A stretch of 63,148 bases of DNA, counting the filler, from Octopus bimaculoides (Eukaryota): the NCBI RefSeq assembly GCF_001194135.2. It is 4 parts of 4 records of this genome, joined end to end, with 100 filler letters (N's around TTAATTAATTAA, not from the genome) between each part and the next. Parts side by side here need not be neighbours in the genome. Positions count along the whole stretch, not along the records: positions 38,275 to 59,313 come from NC_068988.1; positions 59,414 to 63,148 come from NC_068986.1; 2 more parts are not named here. The stretch is one strand, 5' to 3'. Every line of letters starts with the position of its first letter. Positions within the stretch are counted from its first letter, which is position 1. Positions 53,218 to 63,148 of the stretch are shown here, piece after piece. The translations under genes and the position numbers were made by a program. The notes under the pieces were generated by a model. It was not told the origin of the DNA, did not search any database, and was given only the letters and a program-made list of their open reading frames with translations.

Positions 53218-53512
53218 ATAAATTTATAAAACAAGAAGATGGAATGAACAGGTTTCAGTCACAAACCACAATAATTGTTTGTGTGCATTGGTACAGCTGT
53301 TGGTTGATGAATTTTTCATATCATATTCTTACATAAATAGCTTGATGTGCAAGTACATGGTTACAGTTGGATCATATTTATTTCTATAATAATTTATGTA
53401 ATAAAATGGTATGGAAAACCCAGCAAGTAACAGCTGTTACCAATGCAAAAATCAATTGTTGTGATTTGTGATTGAAGCCTGTTCATTTCATCTTCTTAGT
53501 TTATAAATTTTT
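53218..53512. repeat. Imperfect inverted repeat, ~85-bp arms
   Basis: aagaagatggaatgaacaggtttcagtcacaaaccacaataattg..tgcattggtacagctgtt vs aacagctgttaccaatgca..caattgttgtgatttgtgattgaagcctgttcatttcatcttctt. Confidence 0.8.
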
Positions 53513-53612
53513 AAACGTGTGTGTGTGAAAATGTATATATATATACAGGTGTGTGTGTATGTGTGTGTATATATATATATGTATATAAATGTATGTATAT
53601 ACACACACACAC

Positions 53613-53645
<33 letters not shown>

Positions 53646-53774
53646 AATATATGTACATAAATGCATACATGCATCTGCATGCATGTGTACACACAAGCAC
53701 ACATATACAAACACATACACACAAATAAATGCAGCAACAGTATTAATGCCCATTTTGCATGCTAGCATGGGTTA

Positions 53775-54445
53775 AGGAACTTTGGGCTTGGAAACAAGCA
53801 AGAACATCCTTCCTGATCAAGTCTACCTTCGATGTTTTACCTTCACCGGCGAATTTAGTCCGGCGGAACATACAAACAACTGACGAATGTAGATGCGGAG
53901 AGAAAGTGACGATGAGACATGTTCTGTCAAACTGCAGACTAGCACTAGAAAGGTATACATGGCGTCACAATCAAGTCCTTGGTGTCATAAGCGCAGCACT
54001 CAAGGAGAAGATCAAGGGATATAATAGGGGAGAGTACCCAAAGGTGGAAAAGTGCAGAAAGATATACTTCCAGAAGGAGGGAAAAAGGCATAAGACCAGG
54101 CCTTCAAAAGAGTACAGAAGACAGACGAAAAATGGAAGGGATACTGGGAGCTGGCTGCAAATTTGGAAAAACTTAATATTTTCAGTCATAAAACAACAAA
54201 AAGACCAGACTTAATCCTATGGAATACATAATGAAAAATTGGAATTTTGCCAGAGCTGACAGTGCCACAGGAAGAGAACATCGCTAATGCAGAGCAATGG
54301 TAAGAGAGGAGGTATGAGAGATTAATCGAAGAGTGTGGGGAACAGGAGTGGATTGTCAAGTATTACCATCTGGCAGTGGGGGTTAGAGGCTTCATTGAAA
54401 GGAAAACGGTAACGTTATTTAAAAGGTTTGCATTTTCAAGCTATG
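53775..54445 (+). mobile_element. HERO-like (NeSL/R2 superfamily) retrotransposon C-terminal region
   Basis: SFLIKSTFDVLPSPANL..CRCG..TMRHVLSNC..RYTWRHNQVL (knuckle); KRPDLILW..ELTVPQEE..RYERLIEEC..W..VGVRGF (RLE), frameshifted. Confidence 0.85.
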
Positions 54446-54449
54446 GGGC

Positions 54450-54758
54450 TGTGTGGCTATGTGGTAAGTAGCTTGCTTATCAACCACATGGTCCTGGGTT
54501 CAGTCCAACTGCGTGGCACCTTAGGCAAGTGTCTTCTACTATAGCCTCAGGCTGACCAAAACCTTGTGAGTGGATTTGGTAGACGGAAACTGAAAGAAGC
54601 CCGTCGTATATGTATATATATGTGTGTATATATGTTTGTCCCCCCATTATCACTTGACAACCGATGTTGGTGTGTTTACATCCCTGTAACTTAGCGTTTC
54701 GGCCTAAGAGACTGATAGAATAAGTACTAGGCTTCCAAAGAATAAGCTCTGGGGTCGT
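54450..54758 (+). mobile_element. SINE family B
   Basis: gtggtaagtagcttgcttatcaaccacatggtcctgggttcagtcc...gaaagaagcccgtcg...agaataagtactaggc. Confidence 0.9.
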
Positions 54759-55699
54759 TCTATGGCAATTTCTAATCATCTTGTCATTATTTTCGCAATA
54801 ATTACATATACATCGCATATTCCTTAACAACTTTCTAAGGTTAATATTATTTTCAGTAGCTTCTATTTTACAATATCTTAGTCTTTGCTACAAGAATTAT
54901 CCTAGCAAGAATTAAGGTTCTCAGGTGAAATATGAATGCTGTGTTCTTCATGTCTGTAGTTATTGCACACAAGCTATTTCCTTGGATCATTGTATGATCC
55001 ATTGGTGATGTGATTAGTTGAGTGGATAATTAGATTAAAATATTTGTTATGTGTATAATCCTTGATCTGTGCTGGCATGTTGCTAATCCAGAAGGCAATT
55101 CATAAAGTTGATTGCCTTGCACAAAGGTTCTCAACCGATAGGCCATGATTAAATTTTCAGTTGTCCACCAGCAAATTGATAAAATGTGTAAAATTTTAAG
55201 TCCATAGAGGGCAGCACATGAACACCACATTTTTTCCTGAACATGTGTTTGCTTCCTCCCTTGGCAAATATATTGCAGTGTTGAAGATTGCAAATGCTAT
55301 GGTGGTTATAATTTCTGAGATTTAAATACACTAATTTTATTGAGTATTAATATTAATAATTGCATCAATTAATTTAATTAATCATTGATTAATGCAACAA
55401 TGAAGAGGAGAAAATTAATTTAAATTGCTGTCACATCAACTTTATTTTAAAATTAAATTTGGCAAAAGAAAATAAATTGAATTTTAAGTCTGACGACTGC
55501 AATGGGACTCTGCTATGAGGACCAAACGGAAAAACTCAGTGGAATATATTAAATTAGGATCTGCCTCCCAAGAAAAAAGTGTTATGAATATTTTGCAGAG
55601 TTCTCTGTTTTAAAAACTATGAAATGAAAATTTCATTTAGAAAAAGAAATGAATCTTCTAAGCTTAGTTCATTTGATATAAAGTTTGTATCAATTGTCT

Positions 55700-56210
55700 G
55701 TTATCAAGTTTCCAATGATATCTTTTTGAAACTGCCAGAACTTTTTTTACAAAAATGTCTCCCAAAGCAGTGCAAACTTCAATGGGTTGTTACATACAAC
55801 AAAGAGCTCAGGTCAAGAGATTACCTCACGCTATTTGGTGAGCAATTTAATTTACCATATGCTAAACAGATTCCACAAACTGTTCTGGATTATGTCACAG
55901 ATAAATTGAATGATATCTCTCTTTCTAGTTACAGGCAGGTGAGGGAGTTATCAAAGAACATCAACAATCGAGTAATTAACGTAATTAATGAAGCCAAAGG
56001 TTTTCTTATTCTCACCACAGCCAACTTTGTTGATGTCATGGAAACTGTTGCTGAGCTTCTCAATGCCAATGGTCTACATTGGGAAAATCTTGTGGGTGCT
56101 TCTTTTGATGATGTACCAGCCAGGCTGGAATCAAAATGGTGAGTGAAAACATTGATTAAAAGGATAATTCTAAGGACAAGGTGTTCATTGCTTCTTAGAC
56201 AAGGAACTAT
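55700..56210 (+). mobile_element. hAT (Buster/Charlie-like) transposase remnant, internally deleted
   Basis: VLDYVTDKLNDISLSSYRQVRELSKNINNRVINVINEAKGF, LLNANGLHWENLVGASFDD and downstream HCFLDKEL resemble hAT motifs; the first catalytic DE-STD segment is absent. Confidence 0.6.
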
Positions 56211-59200
56211 TCATGAATATGACATTGCTAAGTGATGTGAATGCTAAACAAAAAATAATAAATCATTTAACATGTAGAATGGTTCCAGGACAATTTTCCA
56301 AAGACAGATCATGAGAATTCTCTGATAATCATGAATCTATGTCATATTTTAAAAAATTACAATTTCAGATCAGACCCAGTTTAAGAAGAAGCTTTGGAAT
56401 TGCGGAATAATTTTAAGGCAAATGTTCCTCACAATTGCTGTTTTTTGCTGTTTCTTTTCTTTTTTTTTTTTATCTCTCAAAATTATCGGGTCTGCATATG
56501 AGAGAGCTATTGTGTACTCTGAAAGTATTCCCATTTGCATCTTGATATTGTTTCTGAAGCTGGACTTAATTGTTGAAAATTATTTGTGTTGTGCTCTAGT
56601 GAATAATCAACCTAACATGAAGCACTAGTAAGGTCACTGTGCAACCTGTAAGGCTAAGACTCCCTGCGACTGATTGAGGCTACAGTAAGAAGGAAAGTGA
56701 CATTATGCTATGAGATGAGGAGTTAAGATGGAAAAGCAAAAAGGCCAGAACATGTAGAGGAGCTAAATGGCTTTTCACATTACACAAAAGAGGGTGAGAG
56801 TGGTCACAGTCGAATTGGAAAGAGATGGAAAATAGTGGTAAGGTGTTAGGGTGGACCCTCAAGATGTGAGGTGATTAGAGATTGAATAAGAGGGAGTGTA
56901 GGTGACAACTGTAAAAACTGGGATAAATTGATGGGTGATTGAGTTTATAAAATAGGACCTTTTGACATATTGATGCACAAATGTAAAGAAAATAGTTTCA
57001 CTTATGATGACCTATATATTTTAGGTAAGAAACAATTTGGTGTTCCTAGGCCAGTTCAAAGAGATTAATGGTGCCCCATTGCTATCTGTGCACAGATGGT
57101 ACCAAAGATCCTAACCATGATTTTCAACAATGAGAATTTTATCTTTATTGTAAACATGTTCTAATAAACTTTAAAGCATGAAACCTATTTTAAAAATTGT
57201 ACGAGTTTATTGTAGGAGATTTTTATACTAAATTGAGTGAGAAAAATGACTGTATTGAAACTCTGTCATTGTTACACTGTTTAAGCTTCCTTCAGTGACA
57301 TAAAACCATTTAAAATTCATCAATATGGCAGGGTATACATTGCCTTCTATGTTGTTTGTCTATAAGTCATATAAAAGATGAGACTTTTCTTTTTTTCTAT
57401 ATCTATTTCAGTTTGTTATCTTAGAGGGCATAAAACTACTATTTAGTATTGCTCCACCTTAGATTAGCAAATAAAATGAATTGTATTTGTAATAACTTTC
57501 AATATAAAATATTGCTATTTTCAAACAAATATATTATCTGAAAATATTTATAACTGAAAACCATTGGAAAGAGCAAAGTGGGATTTTTTAGTTCTTCATC
57601 TCATGAATTATCTTTGGTGAAATGGTTTGAGCTTTTGTATTCACGGAAACAAATATGGAAATATGTCTTTATATGTACTTAATGGAGTTCTTCAGACAGA
57701 TAAAATGAACATTTTGGCCCACCAGTTCTGATCGGAGACTATAAATTAAACAAAAATAAATAAAATAACAAACGGAAACTGATTTATTTCCCTTAATAAT
57801 ATAAACATATAAATACACAAACAGAAGCATAAACATTGGTTGCAATATATTTTCCATTCCTAACATGTCATTATAAATACACATACATGAAACATACAAA
57901 CATACACTCACACATCCTCATCACAATTATTATTGTCGCACACTTATTTATTGCAGTGGGTTGGATAAGTCTGCCACACAATATCACTAGATGTTTTATT
58001 TTATTTGTATGGGCAAATATATTTACATTTGACTTGTTGCTTCCTATCTTCTTTAGTCTATCATTCATTAGTCATGCACAACAATTTACCACTCAACAAG
58101 GCACCACATTATTCAAACATGCCCTTGCTAACGACTGTTCTTCATCTCCCGTAGATTTACTGCAACTAATTCCACACAGCAATGGACATCATCACATTTT
58201 GTATGATGGGTCTTGGTGTGGTGGGGGTTGGTGAAGGATGATAGGATGGTACTGATGATGGTGGTGGTGGTGGAAACTTTACCAGTGAATATGTTAAATA
58301 ATAAGGCATTAAAAGAGAATGACTCTCCCCAGACACAACAGTATATGCTTCAGCACACAAACTCACATAAAGAATCTTGCAAACCAATTCCAAAAACGAA
58401 CTAAAAGACCATATCTCCATTAGAATTTTTCCGTTACAAATCAAACCTTCTGTTTCACCCCCTGTTTCACCAAGGTAATTTTTGATGGGATTTGGATAAC
58501 AGAAAGTGGAAATTGAGCTCACAATTTGCAGATCTACAACAGGTGTCTCAAATCTGCCGGCCTGAAATGATACTTTATTTATTAACCTGCCCAAAATGAA
58601 AGACAAATTTACCTCATCAAGATTTGAACTTACAGTGGCAATAGTTGGAACAAGTATACAAAGCATTATATCTAAGGCTGTAATGACTCACCCAAGTCAC
58701 CACCATGTTGCACTACACACATGCACACATACACCACTTCATATACATTATTATATAAGTATACTACCTGACCACGTGCCATCAAAAATGATGGTTAATT
58801 GTAGTATTTTATATATAAATAAGGTACAAAATAATCACACATACAAGCATTCACATACTTCCCTTGTACTTGCACACACATACACACATATACTCACACA
58901 GAGTTGAAACACTGATTTTTTTTCACCCCTTTCTTCTTTATTCATCTATCACCCCTTCCTTTCTCTCACTCCCTTTTAGTCAGTGCTATTACACTTCTTC
59001 TCCTTCATTGAATTACTATTTTCTCTTCTCCTCTGTGTCTGGCACAATTCTGGAGAAATATATACATACATACATACATACATATATATNNNNNNNNNNA
59101 ATTGTAGTATTTTATATATAAATAAGGTACAAAATAATCACACATACAAGCATTCACATACTTCCCTTGTACTTGCACACACATACACACATATACTCAC

Positions 59201-59313
59201 ACAGAGTTGAAACACTGATTTTTTTTCACCCCTTTCTTCTTTATTCATCTATCACCCCTTCCTTTCTCTCACTCCCTTTTAGTCAGTGCTATTACACTTC
59301 TTCTCCTTCATTG

Positions 59314-59413
59314 NNNNNNNNNNNNNNNNNNNNNNNNNNNNNNNNNNNNNNNNNNNNTTAATTAATTAANNNNNNNNNNNNNNNNNNNNNNNNNNNNNNN
59401 NNNNNNNNNNNNN
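59314..59413. other. Artificial contig-join spacer
   Basis: 44N-TTAATTAATTAA-44N. Confidence 0.95.
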
Positions 59414-59670
59414 TAGAGCTACGCTCTTCAACAGAAAGAATACGGAGACAAGGAGACGAAGAGACGGTAGGTGAAGGAAAGTAAAGGAAAAAATAAAGAT
59501 GATAAAGGTAATAAAGGAGGTTTACATAAGTGGAAAAGTTCAAAAGTTCAAAAGTGTTTTAGACGTCGTGGTATATTGAGGCGATTTCCAATCAGAAGAT
59601 GGGTCCAGTGTAATCCGTGGGTAGGAGAGCTGCAGCCGGAGGGTGTAAAGTTCAGAATAAAACAGTCCAG
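59414..59670 (-). mobile_element. Penelope-like 3' end: possible GIY-YIG C-terminus, UTR and truncated hammerhead
   Basis: ttcttt-ctgttga-a-gagcgtagctc truncated at the spacer; upstream frameshifted ELYTLRLQLS / PTHGLH resembles the E..I..L....P.GLN end. Confidence 0.55.
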
Positions 59671-60252
59671 AAATATATATATATATACATATATATATAC
59701 AGTCACGTAGTACATGCATACACAGACACACACAAACACACTCACATACACACTCACTTACTCACACGTACATCAGTTTCATGGAGTCGACTTTTATTTG
59801 AGAACGTGTTTTAAAACTGAATGAATCACATCAGGGACACCCTCATACACACGCACACACATACATACAACACTAGAGCAAACATGCACACATATACACA
59901 CAACACATGCAAGCACACACATACATGCGACACACACGCAAATACACACACATACACACGCACTGAAGTATACTTATTTTCTTCCTTAATACAAATATAT
60001 AGTATATATTTATATATATATACTCTTCACTCTTGTATTACTCTTATTTTATTATTTTTTATTATTTTGACGCCAGTCCTTTGTCTGGAAATCTTTCGTC
60101 ACAATCTGTGACATCTTGGGTGACACTGTCCGCTTCCGTGTGTGTTTTTGCTTCACTCACTCCATTATCCAGAAAATAAATTAGGAAAGCAACGTGACAG
60201 TTATATGTAAAAGATATTTGTAAATTCATCGGTATATGATTAATGACTAATT

Positions 60253-60486
60253 GTTGATAGTTTACCTAAACGCCACCTGGAGGAATGCATCATGAATGAA
60301 TGTACTAAAATTGACGGAAATGTGAAATTACGGCATTGGGTTCTTATGAATTTTTCAAAGAGCATCGAACTTCGTATCTCTAATGGTGGGCACCATTTTA
60401 GAAATGTTTTTCATTAATGTACTTGTAAAAAATTATTGAAAATATGCACTTTCGCTTATGTATACAAACTTCACGGTCACTCTGTA
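60253..60486 (+). mobile_element. Tc1/mariner transposase C-terminus with TIR-like end
   Basis: LEECIMNECTKIDG..VLMNFSKSIELRISNGGHHFRNVFH* followed by ggtcactctgTA. Confidence 0.65.
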
Positions 60487-60893
60487 TATTTATCCTTTCA
60501 ACAGCGAAATCCCACGATATTTTCATTCCGTCAGTATCATACGTGTGAAACACACTAAAGCAAGAAATCTGGCTTTGAAAATGTAAATTTGATTGCTGAT
60601 GAATCATTGAATATTTTACGATATTCGACCTATTTTCAGCTTATAGAAAATCCGATAAAATTAATGATTTTAGGCTATTGTTAGTTGAAAGTCTTCGATG
60701 AATATCAATAAAAGTGCCTTTAAGAATATATGAATTCTGATTTTTTGCTCAAAATACCAGTACTAATTATTATCACATCCGAATGTTGTAATCGTATATT
60801 TCTAAGAGTTACCAACATGATGCCAATATTATTCAGAAAGGCAAGTGGTCATTATCGAACCATTCTATTTTAGGAATTGTGTCCATAACCAGG

Positions 60894-61285
60894 GTGGAGG
60901 CGCAATGGCCCAGTGGTTAAGGCAGCGGACTCGCGGTCATAGGATCGCGGTTTCGATTCCCAGACCGGGCGTTGTGAGTGTTTATTGAGCGAAAAAAAAC
61001 ACATAAAGCTCCACGAGGCTCCGGCAGGGGATGGTGGCGAACCCTGCTGTACTCTTCCACCACAACTTTCTCTCACTCTTACTTCCTGTTTCTGTTGTGC
61101 CTGTATTTCAAAGGGTCAGCCTTATCACATTGTGTCACACTGAATATTCCCGAGAACTACGTTAAGGGTACACGTGTCTGTGGAGTGCTCAGCCACTTGC
61201 ACGTTAATTTCACGAGCAGGCTGTTCCGTTGATTGAATCAACTGGAACTCTCGACGTCGTAAGCGACGGAGTGCCAACAACAACA
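60894..61285 (+). mobile_element. tRNA-derived SINE family A' (different head, shared tail)
   Basis: A box tggcccagtgg, B box gtttcgattcc; 3' ~180 nt matches 3880-4058. Confidence 0.9.
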
Positions 61286-61854
61286 GCCATAACCAGGATA
61301 TTATATTTATGACCGCTGAAAGCAGCATACAGCTTTTGTTCCGATGTAACATTAAGTTTCTACTCTCACAGTTAATTTTTAACTGGGAGACACAGTTTTG
61401 TAATAGGCAGAGAAATTGCTAGGGTTATATTTTTAACAGGCTTTGGTGATATTGTTGGAATCGTATCTATAAATGAGTGCAGTTATCATTTTGAAAATAA
61501 AATAATATTGTTTTATCTCTGAATAAACAATGTTTTTTGGCAATTTTTAAATTTTGCTAAAGCAAAGATTTTGCTTGAAGGTCGTTCAAAGACGTTTCAA
61601 AATTCATCTTTTTATCACTTAGAAGGCATATAGTGCTTTGCTATGTAGACAGGCATTTATAGTATCTGAAATAAAACTCACTTTTGTGTTATCTATAATC
61701 ATTTTGTGAAGACATATTCATTTATCATATTTTTGTCATTCACCTGTTTTCACTTAAATATTTAATTAATTTTGTTTTGGATGCGATCGGGGCTTTCTTT
61801 TACAGAAAATTCTTAGCTTTTGATACATTTCCACCTTTTTAAGCCCGTCAGTTG

Positions 61855-62050
61855 ACAACGTCGGGCGAAATGCTTAGCGGTATTTCGTCTGTCTTTACAT
61901 TTTGAGTTCAAATTCCACCGAGGTTCACTTTGCCTTTCATCCTTCGTGGTCGGTAAATTAATCACCACTTGTGTAATGGGGTCGATCTAATCGACTGACC
62001 CTCTTCCCCAAAATTTCGGGATTTGTCCCTAGAGTAGAAAAGAATATTCT
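61855..62050 (+). mobile_element. SINE family C
   Basis: gggcgaaatgcttagcggtatttcgtc...gagttcaaattccaccgagg...tagagtagaaaagaat. Confidence 0.9.
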
Positions 62051-62054
62051 AGCC

Positions 62055-62260
62055 ATCGCTCATTGTCTGTTTTTAACCAGATACAGTGGCTAGACTTTTC
62101 CACTGTGGTTTGAATATCGTTCATAGTTGTATTCACTTTATAATGAGTAAGGCCTAACGATAACAACAGTCGCCTCGCACTGAATCCAACAAATCCTCTA
62201 CATCCGACTGCACTTGGAAAATGCTCCGCTTTCCTGCCTGCGTCTCCATATTCCTCGAGG
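62055..62260 (-). mobile_element. HERO-like retrotransposon extreme C-terminus
   Basis: YGDAGRKAEHFPSAVGCRGFVGFSARRLLLSLGL..VEKSSHCIWLK. Confidence 0.8.
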
Positions 62261-62894
62261 GTAATATTCGAAGATATAAAAAGAAAAAAAATGTTCATGT
62301 TTTCAATATCATATGTGTACAATGCACAGAAAGAAACTTGGTAACTCTAGTATGTTTTTAGTGTTGATAAATAATTCAGTGCCTTTTACAGTACATGATC
62401 GCGTTTCTCAGTTTGACAACTCCATTTATGGGTAATAAGATCTCTAACAACTTATTAGTTCGAAATTAGTCATTACATAACTGAAATAATTTACTTCTTC
62501 CATTGTTTAATACTGCAATTGGTTGTAATAGTATGTGATATTTGCCCGAAAAACATACACCACACTTTCTAGATCAAAGGAACAGTCATTCAATAATTGG
62601 CCACTGCACGTGAACTGTTTCAGTGACGAAACGTTTTTGCTTTTCATAACATAGTACACAGTTAAGAAATAAACAAAAACAGACTTTAGTAAATTTTTAA
62701 CAGGCGAAATACCTGTTACACGTAACAATTTCATACAAAATTTGCTTTTAGATCAAGTCCCGTTTTTACAACACTGCGAAAAGTATTACATACATACACA
62801 TACATAGATACATGCATCATGCAGACATACATATACACACACGCGCACGCACACATGTAGATATGCACATGCGCACAAAGATACTCTTACTCTT

Positions 62895-63148
62895 TTACTC
62901 GTTTACTTGATTCAGACTGTGGCCATGCTGGAGCACCGCCTTTAGTCGAGCAAATCGACCCCGGGACTTATTCTTTGTTAGCCTAGTACTTATTCTATCG
63001 GTCTCTTTTGCCGAACCGCTAGGTGACGGGGACATAAACACACCAGCATCGGTTGTCAAGCGATGTTGGTTGGGGGACAAACACAGACACACAAACATAC
63101 ACACACACATACATACACATATATATATATACGACGGGCTTCTTTCAG
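62895..63148 (-). mobile_element. SINE family B, 3' half (runs off the window)
   Basis: gactgtggccatgctggagcaccgcctttagtcgag...gacgggcttctttcag. Confidence 0.9.

Noticed and set aside
55030-55293. 87-aa Cys/His-containing minus ORF near the hAT remnant
   Set aside because: No zinc-finger spacing or transposase motif could be matched.
58798-59313. Exact ~213-bp direct duplication (58798-59010 vs 59100-59313)
   Set aside because: Identical copies flank a 10-N gap at a contig end; most likely an unmerged assembly overlap.
60897-60970. Possible tRNA gene (also heads at 591, 3740 and 9514)
   Set aside because: The acceptor and anticodon stems do not pair and the sequence continues into SINE body; these are SINE heads.

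Overview
AT-rich eukaryotic (metazoan) genomic DNA. The SINE families, microsatellite load and repeat content point to an octopus, probably a short-read Octopus assembly (inference; no database check was run). The window is four contig blocks joined by identical artificial 100-nt spacers (44N-TTAATTAATTAA-44N at 16286, 38175 and 59314), with many other N gaps. No intact protein-coding gene can be supported, and almost all listed ORFs are microsatellite or N-gap artefacts. The window is a retroelement graveyard. It holds three abundant tRNA-derived SINE families and remnants of R4/Dong-like and HERO-like (RLE) retrotransposons, RTE LINEs, a CR1/Jockey-like LINE and Penelope-like elements (PLE). 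DNA-transposon remnants include hAT, Tc1/mariner, MITEs and Helitron-like ends. Most interesting: (1) a ~310-bp PLE-type element at 15.8-16.1 kb with two different hammerhead-ribozyme motifs on opposite strands; (2) three copies of one motif that together reconstruct a minimal type-I hammerhead with an extra A after CUGAUGA; (3) a ~20-kb CpG-depleted block (39.4-59.3 kb), suggesting a methylated gene body with candidate exons; (4) a recurrent composite of a ~500-bp non-coding element next to the (AAT)n tail of Dong-like elements; (5) a perfect 24-bp GC-rich hairpin and a CpG-rich promoter-like patch.
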